Shown: positions 7,997 to 17,354 of the stretch, one piece after another | Layout: each line of letters starts with the position of its first letter | How positions within the stretch are numbered: position 1 is the stretch's first letter | Assembly: GCA_001782805.1 (NCBI GenBank) | Contig: MFPT01000003.1 | Coordinates: forward strand, 1 to 42,071 | Source of the DNA: Candidatus Magasanikbacteria bacterium RIFCSPHIGHO2_01_FULL_41_23 | Lineage (GTDB): Bacteria; Patescibacteriota; Patescibacteriia; Magasanikbacterales; UBA922 | Direction: 5' to 3' | DNA: 42,071 nt | Translations under genes and position numbers: made by a program | Notes under the pieces: generated by a model | The model's database searches: none | What the model was told of the DNA's origin: nothing | Seen by the model: only the letters and a program-made list of their open reading frames with translations

Positions 7997-8890
7997 ATGC
8001 CAAAAAAATTACATATTTTCAACACAATATCGCAGTTAAGAGAACGATTCTATACCTCGGCTGTTGTAAAACAGGCGCTTTTAAAGCTAATCAGCGAAGC
8101 AGAAGTGGCCGAACAAGTATACAACTCTAACGCGATTGAAAACAGTACACTCACTCTTGAGGAAACCGAAAAAATACTTTTGCAAATAGATTTGGATCGA
8201 TATATTACGGAGCGAGAAATGTTTGAAGCCAAAAATTTGGCGCGAGTTGTGTCGTATATTGATCAAAGAGCCAAAGAACGAGAGCTCTCCCTAGAGGTGA
8301 TTTTATCACTTCACAAAATGTTGATTTCCAATATTCGCGATGATATCGCTGGCAGATTTAGAAAAAATAATGAATTTGTACGCGTTGGCAGTCACATTGC
8401 TCCCAATCCCAACGAAGTGGTGGGTCGCACGGAAAAAATGTTATCCGAATACAACGCCACCAGCCACGAAAATATTATTAAAAGAATAGCAAAATTGCAT
8501 CTGGCTTTTGAATATATCCATCCATTTTGCGATGGTAATGGCCGTATTGGTCGGGTTATCAATAATTATTTGCTAATACGAGAAGGATTTGTCCCAATAA
8601 ACATAAAATTTATCGACCGAAACAAATACTACGAAGCGTTTAAAGAATTTGACGAAAAAGACGCGACGGCAATTATGGAAGAAATAGTAGGTAAAGCACT
8701 TACCAATAGTTACCACAAACGACTTGCCTATTTGGAGGGTGCCAATATTATTACACTCGCTGAATACGGAAAAATAAATAAAATATCACACTCTAATTTG
8801 ATTAATAAAGCCAGTCGACAGACAATAGAGGCCTTTTTGGAAAAAGGTGTGTGGAAAATAGGTGCCGTGCAAAAACATCAAGGTGATTAA
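7997..8890 (+). CDS. Fic family protein (AMPylase-type), class II with internal inhibitory helix
   Basis: HPFCDGNGRIGR matches the Fic motif HxFx(D/E)GNGRxxR. N-terminal SNAIEN fits the inhibitory (S/T)xxxE(G/N) motif. The C-terminal segment looks HTH-like. Confidence 0.9.
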   Translation: MPKKLHIFNTISQLRERFYTSAVVKQALLKLISEAEVAEQVYNSNAIENSTLTLEETEKILLQIDLDRYITEREMFEAKNLARVVSYIDQRAKERELSLEVILSLHKMLISNIRDDIAGRFRKNNEFVRVGSHIAPNPNEVVGRTEKMLSEYNATSHENIIKRIAKLHLAFEYIHPFCDGNGRIGRVINNYLLIREGFVPINIKFIDRNKYYEAFKEFDEKDATAIMEEIVGKALTNSYHKRLAYLEGANIITLAEYGKINKISHSNLINKASRQTIEAFLEKGVWKIGAVQKHQGD

Positions 8891-8927
8891 CGAATTCGCC
8901 CCCACTGATTGAATGACGAGCAAAAAA

Positions 8928-8990
8928 ACAAAAAGTTTAAAAATTTTATATCGCCTAACAGCCGATATGCGATTACGCTAACCGATATTT
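8928..8990. repeat. Island repeat family, copy D (5' module only)
   Basis: aaaaagt..tatatcgcctaacagccgatatgcgattacgcta aligns with 3194-3245 of copy B. Hairpin atatcg (8948-8953) / cgatat (8963-8968). Confidence 0.6.
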
Positions 8991-8991
8991 T

Positions 8992-9270
8992 ATGACAGAA
9001 AAAGAAATTGCTACAGGCGTAGTTCATAAAGTACCGGCTGATTTAAATGAGATATTAATTTCAAATCCCGACGTACTTGAAAAATGGAACAGCCTTACAT
9101 CTCTCGCACGTAACGAGTGGATATGTTGGGTAACTATTGTCAAGAAACCAGAAACAAGAAAAGAACATTTAGTTCGTTTACGTGCAGATCTTTTGAATGG
9201 GAAACGCAGACCCTGTTGTTGGCCAGGCTGTCATCATCGTAGACCAAGTGCAAAAAAGTGGTTTAAATAA
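8992..9270 (+). CDS. YdeI/OmpD-associated family protein
   Basis: NEWICWVTIVKKPETRKEHLVRL resembles the conserved core of the YdeI/OmdA domain. Confidence 0.55.
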   Translation: MTEKEIATGVVHKVPADLNEILISNPDVLEKWNSLTSLARNEWICWVTIVKKPETRKEHLVRLRADLLNGKRRPCCWPGCHHRRPSAKKWFK

Positions 9271-9309
9271 GTAAAACATTCACTTCATTTCAGAGTTATT
9301 TGAGCATTG

Positions 9310-9765
9310 TTACACCAAATCCCGCTGATCAAATTCTTTTTCGCAATAATGGCATTGAAAAAATATTTTTTTGCCAGCTCGTTTGGGTGTAAATTTAGTT
9401 TTAATGATTTCGTGATTAGTAATGCATTTAGGATTGGGACAATGCGCCACTGTGGTGAGGAGCCCGGGAATTTCCACGGGAAATTTTTTACTTATCTCGC
9501 CGTTACGAATAATATTAATACTGGCTTCGGGTGCGATTAAATAGACTTGATTAATTTCGTCCGGTGTCAATTCGCGATTTTCAATTTTTATAATATCTTT
9601 ACGCCCCAGCTTTTTACTGGGCATATTGGCGCCCATAGTGACAATGGAGTCTGAATTTAAAAGACGCAACAAGGTAATGAGGCGCACGGCTTGTCCTCCC
9701 GGGACATGATCAATCACCGTGCCATTGGCAATTTTAAATACGCGATATATTTTTGTGGTAGGCAT
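9310..9765 (-). CDS. pyrI: Aspartate carbamoyltransferase regulatory subunit
   Basis: NGTVIDHVP and KDIIKIENREL segments, plus a C-terminal zinc cluster CPNPKCIT..CHYCE. Lies directly downstream of pyrB. Confidence 0.85.
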   Translation of the reverse strand: MPTTKIYRVFKIANGTVIDHVPGGQAVRLITLLRLLNSDSIVTMGANMPSKKLGRKDIIKIENRELTPDEINQVYLIAPEASINIIRNGEISKKFPVEIPGLLTTVAHCPNPKCITNHEIIKTKFTPKRAGKKIFFQCHYCEKEFDQRDLV

Positions 9766-9769
9766 AAAA

Positions 9770-10696
9770 TTAATTAAGTTTACCGAGAACTAGGCCGAGT
9801 AGAGCTTGGCGTGCGTACAGGCCGTTTTCCGCTTGCTGAAAATAATAAGCATGAGGCGTATTGTCCACAGCCGATGTGATTTCACCAACGCGTGGCAGGG
9901 GATGGAGCACGCGCATATTTGGTTTTACGCCGCGCAAAAGCGGAGTGTCCAAAATATACATGCTTTTGGCCTTTTCGTATTCCGTGATATCGGAAAAACG
10001 TTCTTTTTGAATACGGGTCATATATAAAATATCCACTTGTCTAATTACTTCGTCAATTGTATCTTTACAATAATATTTAATTCCGGCAGTATCCAATTCA
10101 CGCAGTAGATAATCAGGCATTTGCAAAAAATTGGGCGCCACAAAATACAGAGTCGGTTGGAAAAATTTTAGGGCTTGTAATAATGAATGCACGGTGCGGC
10201 CGTACCTCAAGTCGCCGACCATGGCGATTTTCAAGCCGGTTAATTTATTTTGGCATTCTTTAATGGTAAATAAATCCAACAGTGTTTGGGTGGGATGTTG
10301 ATTGGCACCATCGCCGCCATTTAAAATTGGTTTATCAGTAGCTTCGCTCGCGCGTCGGGCTGAACCTTCCAAAGGATGGCGCATGGCGATTACATCCACA
10401 TATTGGCCGATAATTTTCATGCCATCATAAAGAGTCTCACCTTTGGAAGCAGACGACACAGCTGCGTCAGCAAATCCAATCACTCTTCCACCAAGCCGCT
10501 GCATCGCAGTTTCAAATGATAAACGCGTGCGCGTGGAAGGTTCAAAAAAACAACTTCCCATTACTTTTCCTTCCAAAAGTTTTGGTTGCGGTTTTTTCTT
10601 TAATTCTCCAGCATGTTTAAGGACAGTTAAAATATCAGTTCGGCTTAATTCAGGAATTGAAATAATGTCGCGATCCTGCCAATTATTTTTCAGCAT
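9770..10696 (-). CDS. pyrB: Aspartate carbamoyltransferase catalytic subunit
   Basis: STRTR, HPTQ and HPLPR motifs; 308 aa. Confidence 0.95.
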   Translation of the reverse strand: MLKNNWQDRDIISIPELSRTDILTVLKHAGELKKKPQPKLLEGKVMGSCFFEPSTRTRLSFETAMQRLGGRVIGFADAAVSSASKGETLYDGMKIIGQYVDVIAMRHPLEGSARRASEATDKPILNGGDGANQHPTQTLLDLFTIKECQNKLTGLKIAMVGDLRYGRTVHSLLQALKFFQPTLYFVAPNFLQMPDYLLRELDTAGIKYYCKDTIDEVIRQVDILYMTRIQKERFSDITEYEKAKSMYILDTPLLRGVKPNMRVLHPLPRVGEITSAVDNTPHAYYFQQAENGLYARQALLGLVLGKLN

Positions 10697-10709
10697 ATTT
10701 TTAGTAATT

Positions 10710-10740
10710 TTTTAAAAAGACCACTCATTTTCGGAGTGGC
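10710..10740 (-). terminator. Rho-independent terminator after gatB
   Basis: On the minus strand: ccactc-cgaaaat-gagtgg followed by tcttttt. Confidence 0.6.
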
Positions 10741-10782
10741 CTCGTATTTATAGGGGATAATTTGTAATTATCGGTGAATTTT

Positions 10783-12348
10783 TCATAGTGAATCCAGTGT
10801 ATCATTATCCAATTTTTCTCGCAATAGTTTTTCCACAATTATTGGATCAGCACTGCCTTCCGTGGCTTTCATGATCATGCCTTTTAAAAATTGAAACACG
10901 GCAATTTTTCCCGCGCGATATTGCTCCACTTGCGTCGGATAATTTTTAATAACTTCAACAATAACTTCGTCCAATTTTTTCTCGTCACTAACTTGACCAT
11001 ATCCTTTTTCTTCCATAATATGCGTCGGGTCAATATCAGTTTCACTAGCAACCATTTCAATTAAAATTTTCAACGCATTTGTGGTATTCACTCGGCCAGC
11101 GTGCATTAAGGCGATCAATTCCGCGAAATTTTCCGGACTGATTTTGAAATCAGCGATAGTTTTGTTGGTTGTTTTTAAAATTCCCATTAATTTTCCCGTT
11201 AACCAACTGCCGCATAATTTGGCCAGTTTGGCCGGACTGTCTGATTCGCGTTTAGTTTCGGGCAATGCTTCCAACCACGTAGCCAATTCACTCATTACTG
11301 CTTCCGCAAAATCAGCCAAGATCAAATCTTGGGTCAAAATCTCCGCATCAGAATAGGAAAAACCCAATTCCTCATGAAAACGCGTACGTTTGGCAATGGG
11401 TAATTCAGGCAATGCCAAATCGGACGTGTATTGAAGTGGATGAAACGGCGGAATATCCGGATCAGGAAAATAGCGATAATCAGCCGCATTTTCCTTGAAG
11501 CGTTGTGGCACGGTTTCGCTTTTATTTTCATCCCAGCCGCGCGTTTCTTGTTCCCATGTTTTTCCTGTCTCCAATAATTTTGTTTGTCGGGCAATTTCAA
11601 AATTAATCGCTCGTTCCACGGCGCGGAATGAATTAATATTTTTTACTTCCACTTTATTATTGAGTGTATAATCACCCAATGGTTTTACAACACCCTCAAT
11701 AATTTCAAATTTACCGGCTTTTTGCATTGATATATTGGCTTCCACGCGCATTTGTCCTTTTTCCATGTCAGCCGTACTCACTTTTAAATAGCGGAAAATT
11801 TGTTGCAATTCTTGTGCATACGTTTTGGCTTCCAGCGCGGTTTTAAAATCCGGCTCACTCACAATTTCCACGAGCGGTGTGCCGGCACGATTAAAATCCA
11901 CCAAAGTAGCTCCATCAGTCCCGACAGAATCTGGATGTAATGATTTGGCACTGTCTTCTTCCAAATGCGCGCGCCGAATTTTTATCATAGCCGTATCACG
12001 GATATTTGTCTCGAGTGGAAAATTCAATGTAATTGAACCATGCTCGGCAATCGGCTCGTCATATTGGGAAATTTGGTAGCCTTTGGGTAAATCAGGATAA
12101 AAATAATGCTTGCGATCAAATTTGGATATTTCCGGAATTGTACAGCTTAATGCTTGGCCAATTAAAACTGTCCAGGCAATCGCGGTTTGATTTGGGACTG
12201 GCAATGTGCCCGGATGCGCCAGACAGATCGGACAAATGTTAGTGTTCGCGACTTTGGTTTCCGGATCATTGGGGCAACTGCAAAACATCTTGGATTTAGT
12301 AGCCAATTCCACATGAATTTCCAAACCAATAATCGGAATCAGCTCCAT
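10783..12348 (-). CDS. gatB: Asp/Glu-tRNA amidotransferase subunit B
   Basis: N-terminus IGLEIHVEL..KMFCSC..ICPICLAHPGTLP, with full-length GatB architecture including the C-terminal YqeY-like tail. Confidence 0.95.
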   Translation of the reverse strand: MELIPIIGLEIHVELATKSKMFCSCPNDPETKVANTNICPICLAHPGTLPVPNQTAIAWTVLIGQALSCTIPEISKFDRKHYFYPDLPKGYQISQYDEPIAEHGSITLNFPLETNIRDTAMIKIRRAHLEEDSAKSLHPDSVGTDGATLVDFNRAGTPLVEIVSEPDFKTALEAKTYAQELQQIFRYLKVSTADMEKGQMRVEANISMQKAGKFEIIEGVVKPLGDYTLNNKVEVKNINSFRAVERAINFEIARQTKLLETGKTWEQETRGWDENKSETVPQRFKENAADYRYFPDPDIPPFHPLQYTSDLALPELPIAKRTRFHEELGFSYSDAEILTQDLILADFAEAVMSELATWLEALPETKRESDSPAKLAKLCGSWLTGKLMGILKTTNKTIADFKISPENFAELIALMHAGRVNTTNALKILIEMVASETDIDPTHIMEEKGYGQVSDEKKLDEVIVEVIKNYPTQVEQYRAGKIAVFQFLKGMIMKATEGSADPIIVEKLLREKLDNDTLDSL

Positions 12349-12436
12349 ATCCGTATTTAATTAAGGAAAATAAAATAAAAATTCACTGCGTATCTTTTTC
12401 TGAGATCCGCCCGACCGGGACGGACTCAAAAAAGCT

Positions 12437-13201
12437 TTAGGAGTTTATCCCGACTTGTCGTGGTTCCATTTTTATTTTAGTATCTTTTAGATTTTCGTAC
12501 ACAATAATCGGTGTGAGTGTCATAATCGGCAGAAAAAGAAAATAAAACAAGAACATTAATCCAAGGGACATCCAATAACCGCTAATCATTCCGGAGTCTA
12601 ACAAAAAGTAGCGACCCGGAGTAAGAATTATCCAGCTGCATACAGAAAAAATTACGATGTATACCACTGATGGAGCAATCAAATTCCACAATACTGAACC
12701 AAATCGTCCTACTACCAGATTGCGACTGGCTTTAAGCGCTGCCAGTGGTTTTTGGTTGTCAATAATAACTGCCAATGGCGCGAAATAAAACCAAATCGCA
12801 AAAATTATACCGGGAATAAGTAAGAGTAAAGAGCCACCCAAGACAATCAAAGTTAAAAGAAAACTGGCGATTAAAAATGGTATGAAAACTTTTATTGCGG
12901 CCTTAAATTCATTTGGAACAGTATCCGGTGTTTCATGGCGATACAATTTTCTTAAGACTCGGGTCATAGTGATTGAAACAACAACGAATAGACCAATTAA
13001 TGCTAGTTGCGTGGCCGCGATAGCGATTATGGCAAATACTCCGGACAATATATTTTGGAAAAAGGGAATGCTTAATACGGCGTTTAAAGCCAAAAGTATC
13101 CAGCCTGCCATGCTGAGAGCAATGTATTTGGCGATTTCGCGAAAATTGTCTCGATAGGTTTGCAGAGTCTGGCGAATTATTTCACTGACTGTTATAAGCA
13201 T
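12437..13201 (-). CDS. Integral membrane protein, function unknown
   Basis: 254 aa with several long hydrophobic helices. Its ATG start overlaps the tmk stop by 10 nt. Confidence 0.6.
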   Translation of the reverse strand: MLITVSEIIRQTLQTYRDNFREIAKYIALSMAGWILLALNAVLSIPFFQNILSGVFAIIAIAATQLALIGLFVVVSITMTRVLRKLYRHETPDTVPNEFKAAIKVFIPFLIASFLLTLIVLGGSLLLLIPGIIFAIWFYFAPLAVIIDNQKPLAALKASRNLVVGRFGSVLWNLIAPSVVYIVIFSVCSWIILTPGRYFLLDSGMISGYWMSLGLMFLFYFLFLPIMTLTPIIVYENLKDTKIKMEPRQVGINS

Positions 13202-13920
13202 ATATTAATTATTTTTTGAATAATTTGAATAAAAGGAAGCAATTTTGATTCTAATGCTGACCAAATTAAACAGTGGGTAGCTTCAATCGAAAGCAACTTT
13301 TCGTCCGGAGCGCATTCAATTACTTGGTAACTCGGAAATTTTTTAGCTAAATGTAGGTAACTGGCTTCGGCTTGACGCAGATGATTAATGTCATCCTCAT
13401 GAATATCGCGTTTTTTGCCTTGGAGATATTCACGTCCGACCGCGGTTTTTTGGTCAACCAGACGTTGGGAAATTTCCGGACTAACATGCAAAATAAGACT
13501 ATAATCAGGCCGTGGAATATGGAAAATAGTATACTCCAATTCGTCAATCCAAGCAAAAAATTTTTCCCGCTCTTGTTCATCAGCGATTTTGCCGCCATTA
13601 TGCGCCATATTTGACCCCACATAGCGATTGGCAATGACGATTTTGCCTTCGGCCAGCCACTGACGGATTTGTGGCGCGGCCGCGTAGCGATCAATGGCAA
13701 AAAAAACCGAAGCGGGGTATGGCCCAACTTCTTCGGCTGTTCCCAATTTTCCATTTAAATAATCTTCCACCATTGTACAACTCCGTTCGCCATAACGCGG
13801 GAAATTAATAACTTCAACTGGATAATTTTTCTGTTTTAGCCGCGCTACCAAAAGTTCTGTTTGGGTCCCTTTGCCCGATCCATCCGTGCCTTCGATCGTG
13901 ATAAAAAGCCCCTTACTCAT
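13192..13920 (-). CDS. tmk: Thymidylate kinase
   Basis: P-loop FITIEGTDGSGKGTQ and DRY-type segment FAIDRYA. Confidence 0.9.
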   Translation of the reverse strand: MSKGLFITIEGTDGSGKGTQTELLVARLKQKNYPVEVINFPRYGERSCTMVEDYLNGKLGTAEEVGPYPASVFFAIDRYAAAPQIRQWLAEGKIVIANRYVGSNMAHNGGKIADEQEREKFFAWIDELEYTIFHIPRPDYSLILHVSPEISQRLVDQKTAVGREYLQGKKRDIHEDDINHLRQAEASYLHLAKKFPSYQVIECAPDEKLLSIEATHCLIWSALESKLLPFIQIIQKIINICL

Positions 13921-13922
13921 AT

Positions 13923-14471
13923 TTATGAAATATTTTTTTCTAAAATATCAAATATTCCCAGTAGTTTTTTGAGCAGATTTGTGTCTTTAGTCTCGCCATT
14001 GTCATCAAAAGCGCTCCAAGGACGAGGAAGACATACTTCGCTATATAGTGGAATCATCCGCAGTTCAATGACTACCTGACGTAGTTGTTCAACGGCTCGC
14101 GTACCGCCCGCTCCGCCACCATAGCCAACAAATGAAACCGGCTTTCCGTTCCATTCAGAAAATAAATGGTCAAGAGCATTTTTAAGTACGCCTGGATACC
14201 CATGATTATATTCCGGCGTTACTATAATAAATCCATCAAACGAACTGATTTTTTCACTCCAGGCGCGAGTTTGTGGGTCATCATAGTTGCCATTAATAAT
14301 TTCGCCTGGGGAGTCGGGACTATCAAAAAATGGTAATGGCCAGTCGCGTAAATCGATCAATTCATAGTGTGCCGCTGTTTGCTCGTTGGTGTGGTTATAT
14401 ACCCAAGTGGCGACCTTGTCTCCCTCACGTCCTTGGCGTGTGCTGCCAAGAATGATTCCTACATGTTTCAT
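13923..14471 (-). CDS. NAD(P)H-dependent FMN reductase family oxidoreductase
   Basis: IILGSTRQGREG and TPEYNHGYPGVLKNALD. I trimmed it to ATG 14471 because the longer track ORF would overlap 14497..14880. Confidence 0.8.
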   Translation of the reverse strand: MKHVGIILGSTRQGREGDKVATWVYNHTNEQTAAHYELIDLRDWPLPFFDSPDSPGEIINGNYDDPQTRAWSEKISSFDGFIIVTPEYNHGYPGVLKNALDHLFSEWNGKPVSFVGYGGGAGGTRAVEQLRQVVIELRMIPLYSEVCLPRPWSAFDDNGETKDTNLLKKLLGIFDILEKNIS

Positions 14472-14496
14472 AGTTTTTTTGGTTAAATAATCAAAT

Positions 14497-14880
14497 TTAG
14501 GTCTTGGTAAAAAATGTAATCTCAAAACCTTCTGGATCCGCTATTTTAAACGATGTGTCTCCCCAAACATTATCTCTAATACCGTAGATAACAGTATCAG
14601 AATTTTGAAATTTTTTAAATAATTCCCAAACATCGGAGACCTCAAGTGAAAGATCGCAACCAACGATTGGTTGGTATTTCTTTTCTGGCGAAAGAAGTTC
14701 TATTGTTGCTCCGCCAGTGTCAAACATCACTCCTTTGTCATTTTCACCGCGATTCCATTCTTTGGTAACCGGCCAATCCATTATTGTTTCATAAAAATGT
14801 CTAACCAAATCAAAATTTTTGGGGTAAAGTTTTAACCTGAATTCCCTAATTTCTGTGAGTTCGTTCCGTTTTTTATTCAT
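14497..14880 (-). CDS. VOC (glyoxalase/bleomycin-resistance) family protein
   Basis: Size (127 aa) and pattern FY..IMDW..GVMFDTGGATIELL..DVWGDTSFKIADPEGFEITF are typical of VOC folds. Confidence 0.65.
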   Translation of the reverse strand: MNKKRNELTEIREFRLKLYPKNFDLVRHFYETIMDWPVTKEWNRGENDKGVMFDTGGATIELLSPEKKYQPIVGCDLSLEVSDVWELFKKFQNSDTVIYGIRDNVWGDTSFKIADPEGFEITFFTKT

Positions 14881-14939
14881 AGTGGCTGTATTGTATCGTG
14901 GCGGTTGGGTGTAGTCAATGGGGTTTGGGTCTAACTTTA

Positions 14940-14978
14940 TAGTTTACAGTTGACAGTAAACTGTAAACTATGTATACT
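14940..14978 (+). promoter_or_regulatory. Promoter embedded in a perfect palindrome (candidate autoregulatory operator)
   Basis: tagtttacag (14940-14949) / ctgtaaacta (14961-14970) is a perfect inverted repeat. It encloses TTGACA (14950-14955), then 17 nt, then TATACT (14973-14978). Confidence 0.6.
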
Positions 14979-14984
14979 GTGCAT

Positions 14985-15968
14985 ATGAAAACTACTACCG
15001 CAACAAAAATTATCAGCTATCTTGGCGCTCATTCTCAGGCAACTGCCAAGGAATTGGCGGATGTGACTGGTATTAGCCGGCAGGCATTGTTTCGGCAACT
15101 AGGCAAGTTGCAGATGCAAGATCAGATATATAAAATTGGTACGCCGCCGGAGGTTTTTTATTTGCTTAAACAGAAGATTATCGAGGATCATCGTGATCAC
15201 ACTGAAATTGATCCGGCAACTAAAATATATATAGATAAAAATTACTTGTTTATTACTCCAACGGGAGAGCGTCTGGAAGGATTGGTTGGTTTTATTGATT
15301 GGTGTAGAAAAACCAAACAACCGGTTGAAAAAACCGCTCAGGAATATGTAAAAACTCTTGGGAAATATAATGCCTATAAAAAGAATGGTCTTATTGACGG
15401 CACGGTTAAACTCAAAACCACCTTTGGTCATTCTTCAATGCATAAATTATATTATCTTGATTTTTACAGCATTGAACGGTTTGGAAAAACCAAACTTGGT
15501 CAACTACTTCTTTATGCCAAACAGAGTCAAAATCGTCACCTTATCAAGGAGCTTATTGTTGATATTAAACCAGCGATTGCACAATTGATTAAAAAAAATA
15601 ACATTGAAGCGATTGGATTTATTCCGCCTACAGTCAAACGCGAGGTGCAATTTATGAAAGAATTAGAGCGCCAGCTTCATTTTAAGGTCGCCAAAATTTC
15701 TATTTTTAAAATCAGAAATGGAATTTCTGTCCCACAAAAAACACTTAATAAATTGGAAGATAGAATTGAAAATGCAAAAAAAACCATGGTGGTGGATACG
15801 ACCAAACAGTATAAAAATATTTTGTTAATTGATGATGCCGTTGGTTCAGGCGCGACCCTCAATGAAATCGCGGCACAGATAAAAACAAAGGGTGTTGGCA
15901 GTGGCAAGATCTTTGGCCTGGCGGTTACGGGGAGTTTTAAGGGTTTTGATGTGATTAGTGAGGTTTAA
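14985..15968 (+). CDS. wHTH-fused phosphoribosyltransferase (ComF-like)
   Basis: N-terminal HTH ATAKELADVTGISRQALFRQL. C-terminal PRTase motif ILLIDDAVGSGATLNE. I chose start ATG 14985 because the track start 14970 lies upstream of the predicted -10. Confidence 0.7.
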   Translation: MKTTTATKIISYLGAHSQATAKELADVTGISRQALFRQLGKLQMQDQIYKIGTPPEVFYLLKQKIIEDHRDHTEIDPATKIYIDKNYLFITPTGERLEGLVGFIDWCRKTKQPVEKTAQEYVKTLGKYNAYKKNGLIDGTVKLKTTFGHSSMHKLYYLDFYSIERFGKTKLGQLLLYAKQSQNRHLIKELIVDIKPAIAQLIKKNNIEAIGFIPPTVKREVQFMKELERQLHFKVAKISIFKIRNGISVPQKTLNKLEDRIENAKKTMVVDTTKQYKNILLIDDAVGSGATLNEIAAQIKTKGVGSGKIFGLAVTGSFKGFDVISEV

Positions 15969-16450
15969 TTTTGGAACAATTTTTTTAAGATGTTAATGAC
16001 ATCTTTTTTTACCTGATCGTTGGATTCATAATGAATGACCGTCATGCCTGCTTCATTAGACGCATCAAGATTTTTTTTGTTATCGTCTATATACAAAATT
16101 TCTTCGGGCTTGAGATTGATTTTTTCCGCTATTATTTTGTATGTTTCAGTGTCATTCTTCTTTAATCCAAGACGGGCAGCACTAAAAATATATTTGAAAA
16201 TACCTTGCATTTTGGGTTGCAAGGCGGGATGTTCTTGAATATATTCTGATGTAAAAACATAAACAGGGATTTGCTCGCGGATGGTTTGGTAAAAAGCAAG
16301 TAAATCTTCATTTAATCGGAAATATTCCCAAAAATTGTAATCGCCGAGCCCTGACAAATTTCTGTGCAAAGCATTAAGCCCGCCAACGTAATTTTCATCG
16401 GCTGGAGATAAGATCACTCGGGAAAAATCACTAACCAATGCTTTTATCAT
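15965..16450 (-). CDS. HAD-superfamily hydrolase
   Basis: N-terminal ALVSDFSRVIL and C-terminal YIDDNKKNLDASNEAGM motifs. Trimmed to the ATG at 16450. Confidence 0.7.
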   Translation of the reverse strand: MIKALVSDFSRVILSPADENYVGGLNALHRNLSGLGDYNFWEYFRLNEDLLAFYQTIREQIPVYVFTSEYIQEHPALQPKMQGIFKYIFSAARLGLKKNDTETYKIIAEKINLKPEEILYIDDNKKNLDASNEAGMTVIHYESNDQVKKDVINILKKLFQN

Positions 16451-16670
16451 ATGTTTATTTATTAACAATAAGTGAGGTTTGTATGTTGTTAATTGTATGT
16501 TTTGCCCAAGTTGATTGCTTTGTAGTAGGATGATCATTTAGGATTCTGTTTTTGAGTTTATATTTTGGATGAAACATAATGTGATGTCTTTGTTGGAGCA
16601 TATAACGTAATTTTGATTCGCGCAAAATTCGCGTAAAAAAATTTGGGTTATTTCTGCTGATAAATTTCCC

Positions 16671-17144
16671 TTAAATTAACTTATTAAAACCCTCTAATTC
16701 CAGAAGTGATTTTTTGGTTTTTAATGATCCGGAAAAACCGCCAAGTTTGCCATTTGATGTTATTACGCGGTGACAGGGGATAATAGTACACAGAGGATTT
16801 TTACCAGTGGCATTGCCGGCCGCGCGGTAAGCATTTTTGTGGCCGATTTTTTGTGTCAGTTTTTGGTATGACCAGGTTTTTCCATAAGGAATTTTTTTGA
16901 TCGCGCGCCAAATTTTTTCTTGGAATGCGGTGCCGGCAAAAGCGAGGGGAATATCAAATGAAGGGCGTGTTCCGGTAAAATATTCTTCCAGTTGGGAAAT
17001 GACGTGTTGTATAATTGGATTATGTTGCGACGCGGCACCTCGCCTGACAAAAGAAATCTTGGTGAGGGCTGAATCCGTTGCTGTGATTTTTAACCAACCA
17101 ACAGGGGAATGGTGGTAGGCGATGAAGGTGAGCCGCATATTCAT
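16671..17144 (-). CDS. ogt: Methylated-DNA--protein-cysteine methyltransferase
   Basis: Active-site IIPCHRVI, preceded by YRAAGNATGKNP. Confidence 0.9.
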   Translation of the reverse strand: MNMRLTFIAYHHSPVGWLKITATDSALTKISFVRRGAASQHNPIIQHVISQLEEYFTGTRPSFDIPLAFAGTAFQEKIWRAIKKIPYGKTWSYQKLTQKIGHKNAYRAAGNATGKNPLCTIIPCHRVITSNGKLGGFSGSLKTKKSLLELEGFNKLI

Positions 17145-17184
17145 TATGTGCTACGTCGGAGTCAACATAGTAGCAGTATTTTGG

Positions 17185-17224
17185 TTAGTATACTTGTAAG
17201 TAGTATACCGTACGAGTATACTAA
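17185..17224. promoter_or_regulatory. Triple GTATAC palindrome array upstream of ogt
   Basis: ttagtatact (17185-17194) / agtatactaa (17215-17224) is a perfect inverted repeat. GTATAC occurs at 17188, 17203 and 17216. Confidence 0.45.
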
Positions 17225-17354
17225 TCCTCATTAGTGATTTTTTTATTATATGTTAGCCAAAAAAACCATACTATTTTGGAATATTTTATCTATATGCCAA
17301 ATTTTTCGATGAAGCCCTCGTGTGTCGCTAGCACAACGGGGGCTTCTGTTTGGT

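Noticed and set aside
1-9300. Classical integron or CALIN (attC-flanked cassettes)
   Set aside because: I found no RYYYAAC / GTTRRRY core pairs at the repeat ends (the nearest strings, cgcaac and gttggtc/gttgaaa, do not fit). No intI-like gene is visible either. The cassette-like organisation remains a finding, but not as an integron.
9307-9540. 77-aa + strand ORF at the island/housekeeping junction
   Set aside because: It is entirely antisense to the well-supported pyrI gene and has no motifs.
12380-12412. GC-rich imperfect hairpin tccgcccg..cgggacgga downstream of the membrane-protein gene as a terminator
   Set aside because: The stem is interrupted and there is no U-run on the relevant (minus) strand.
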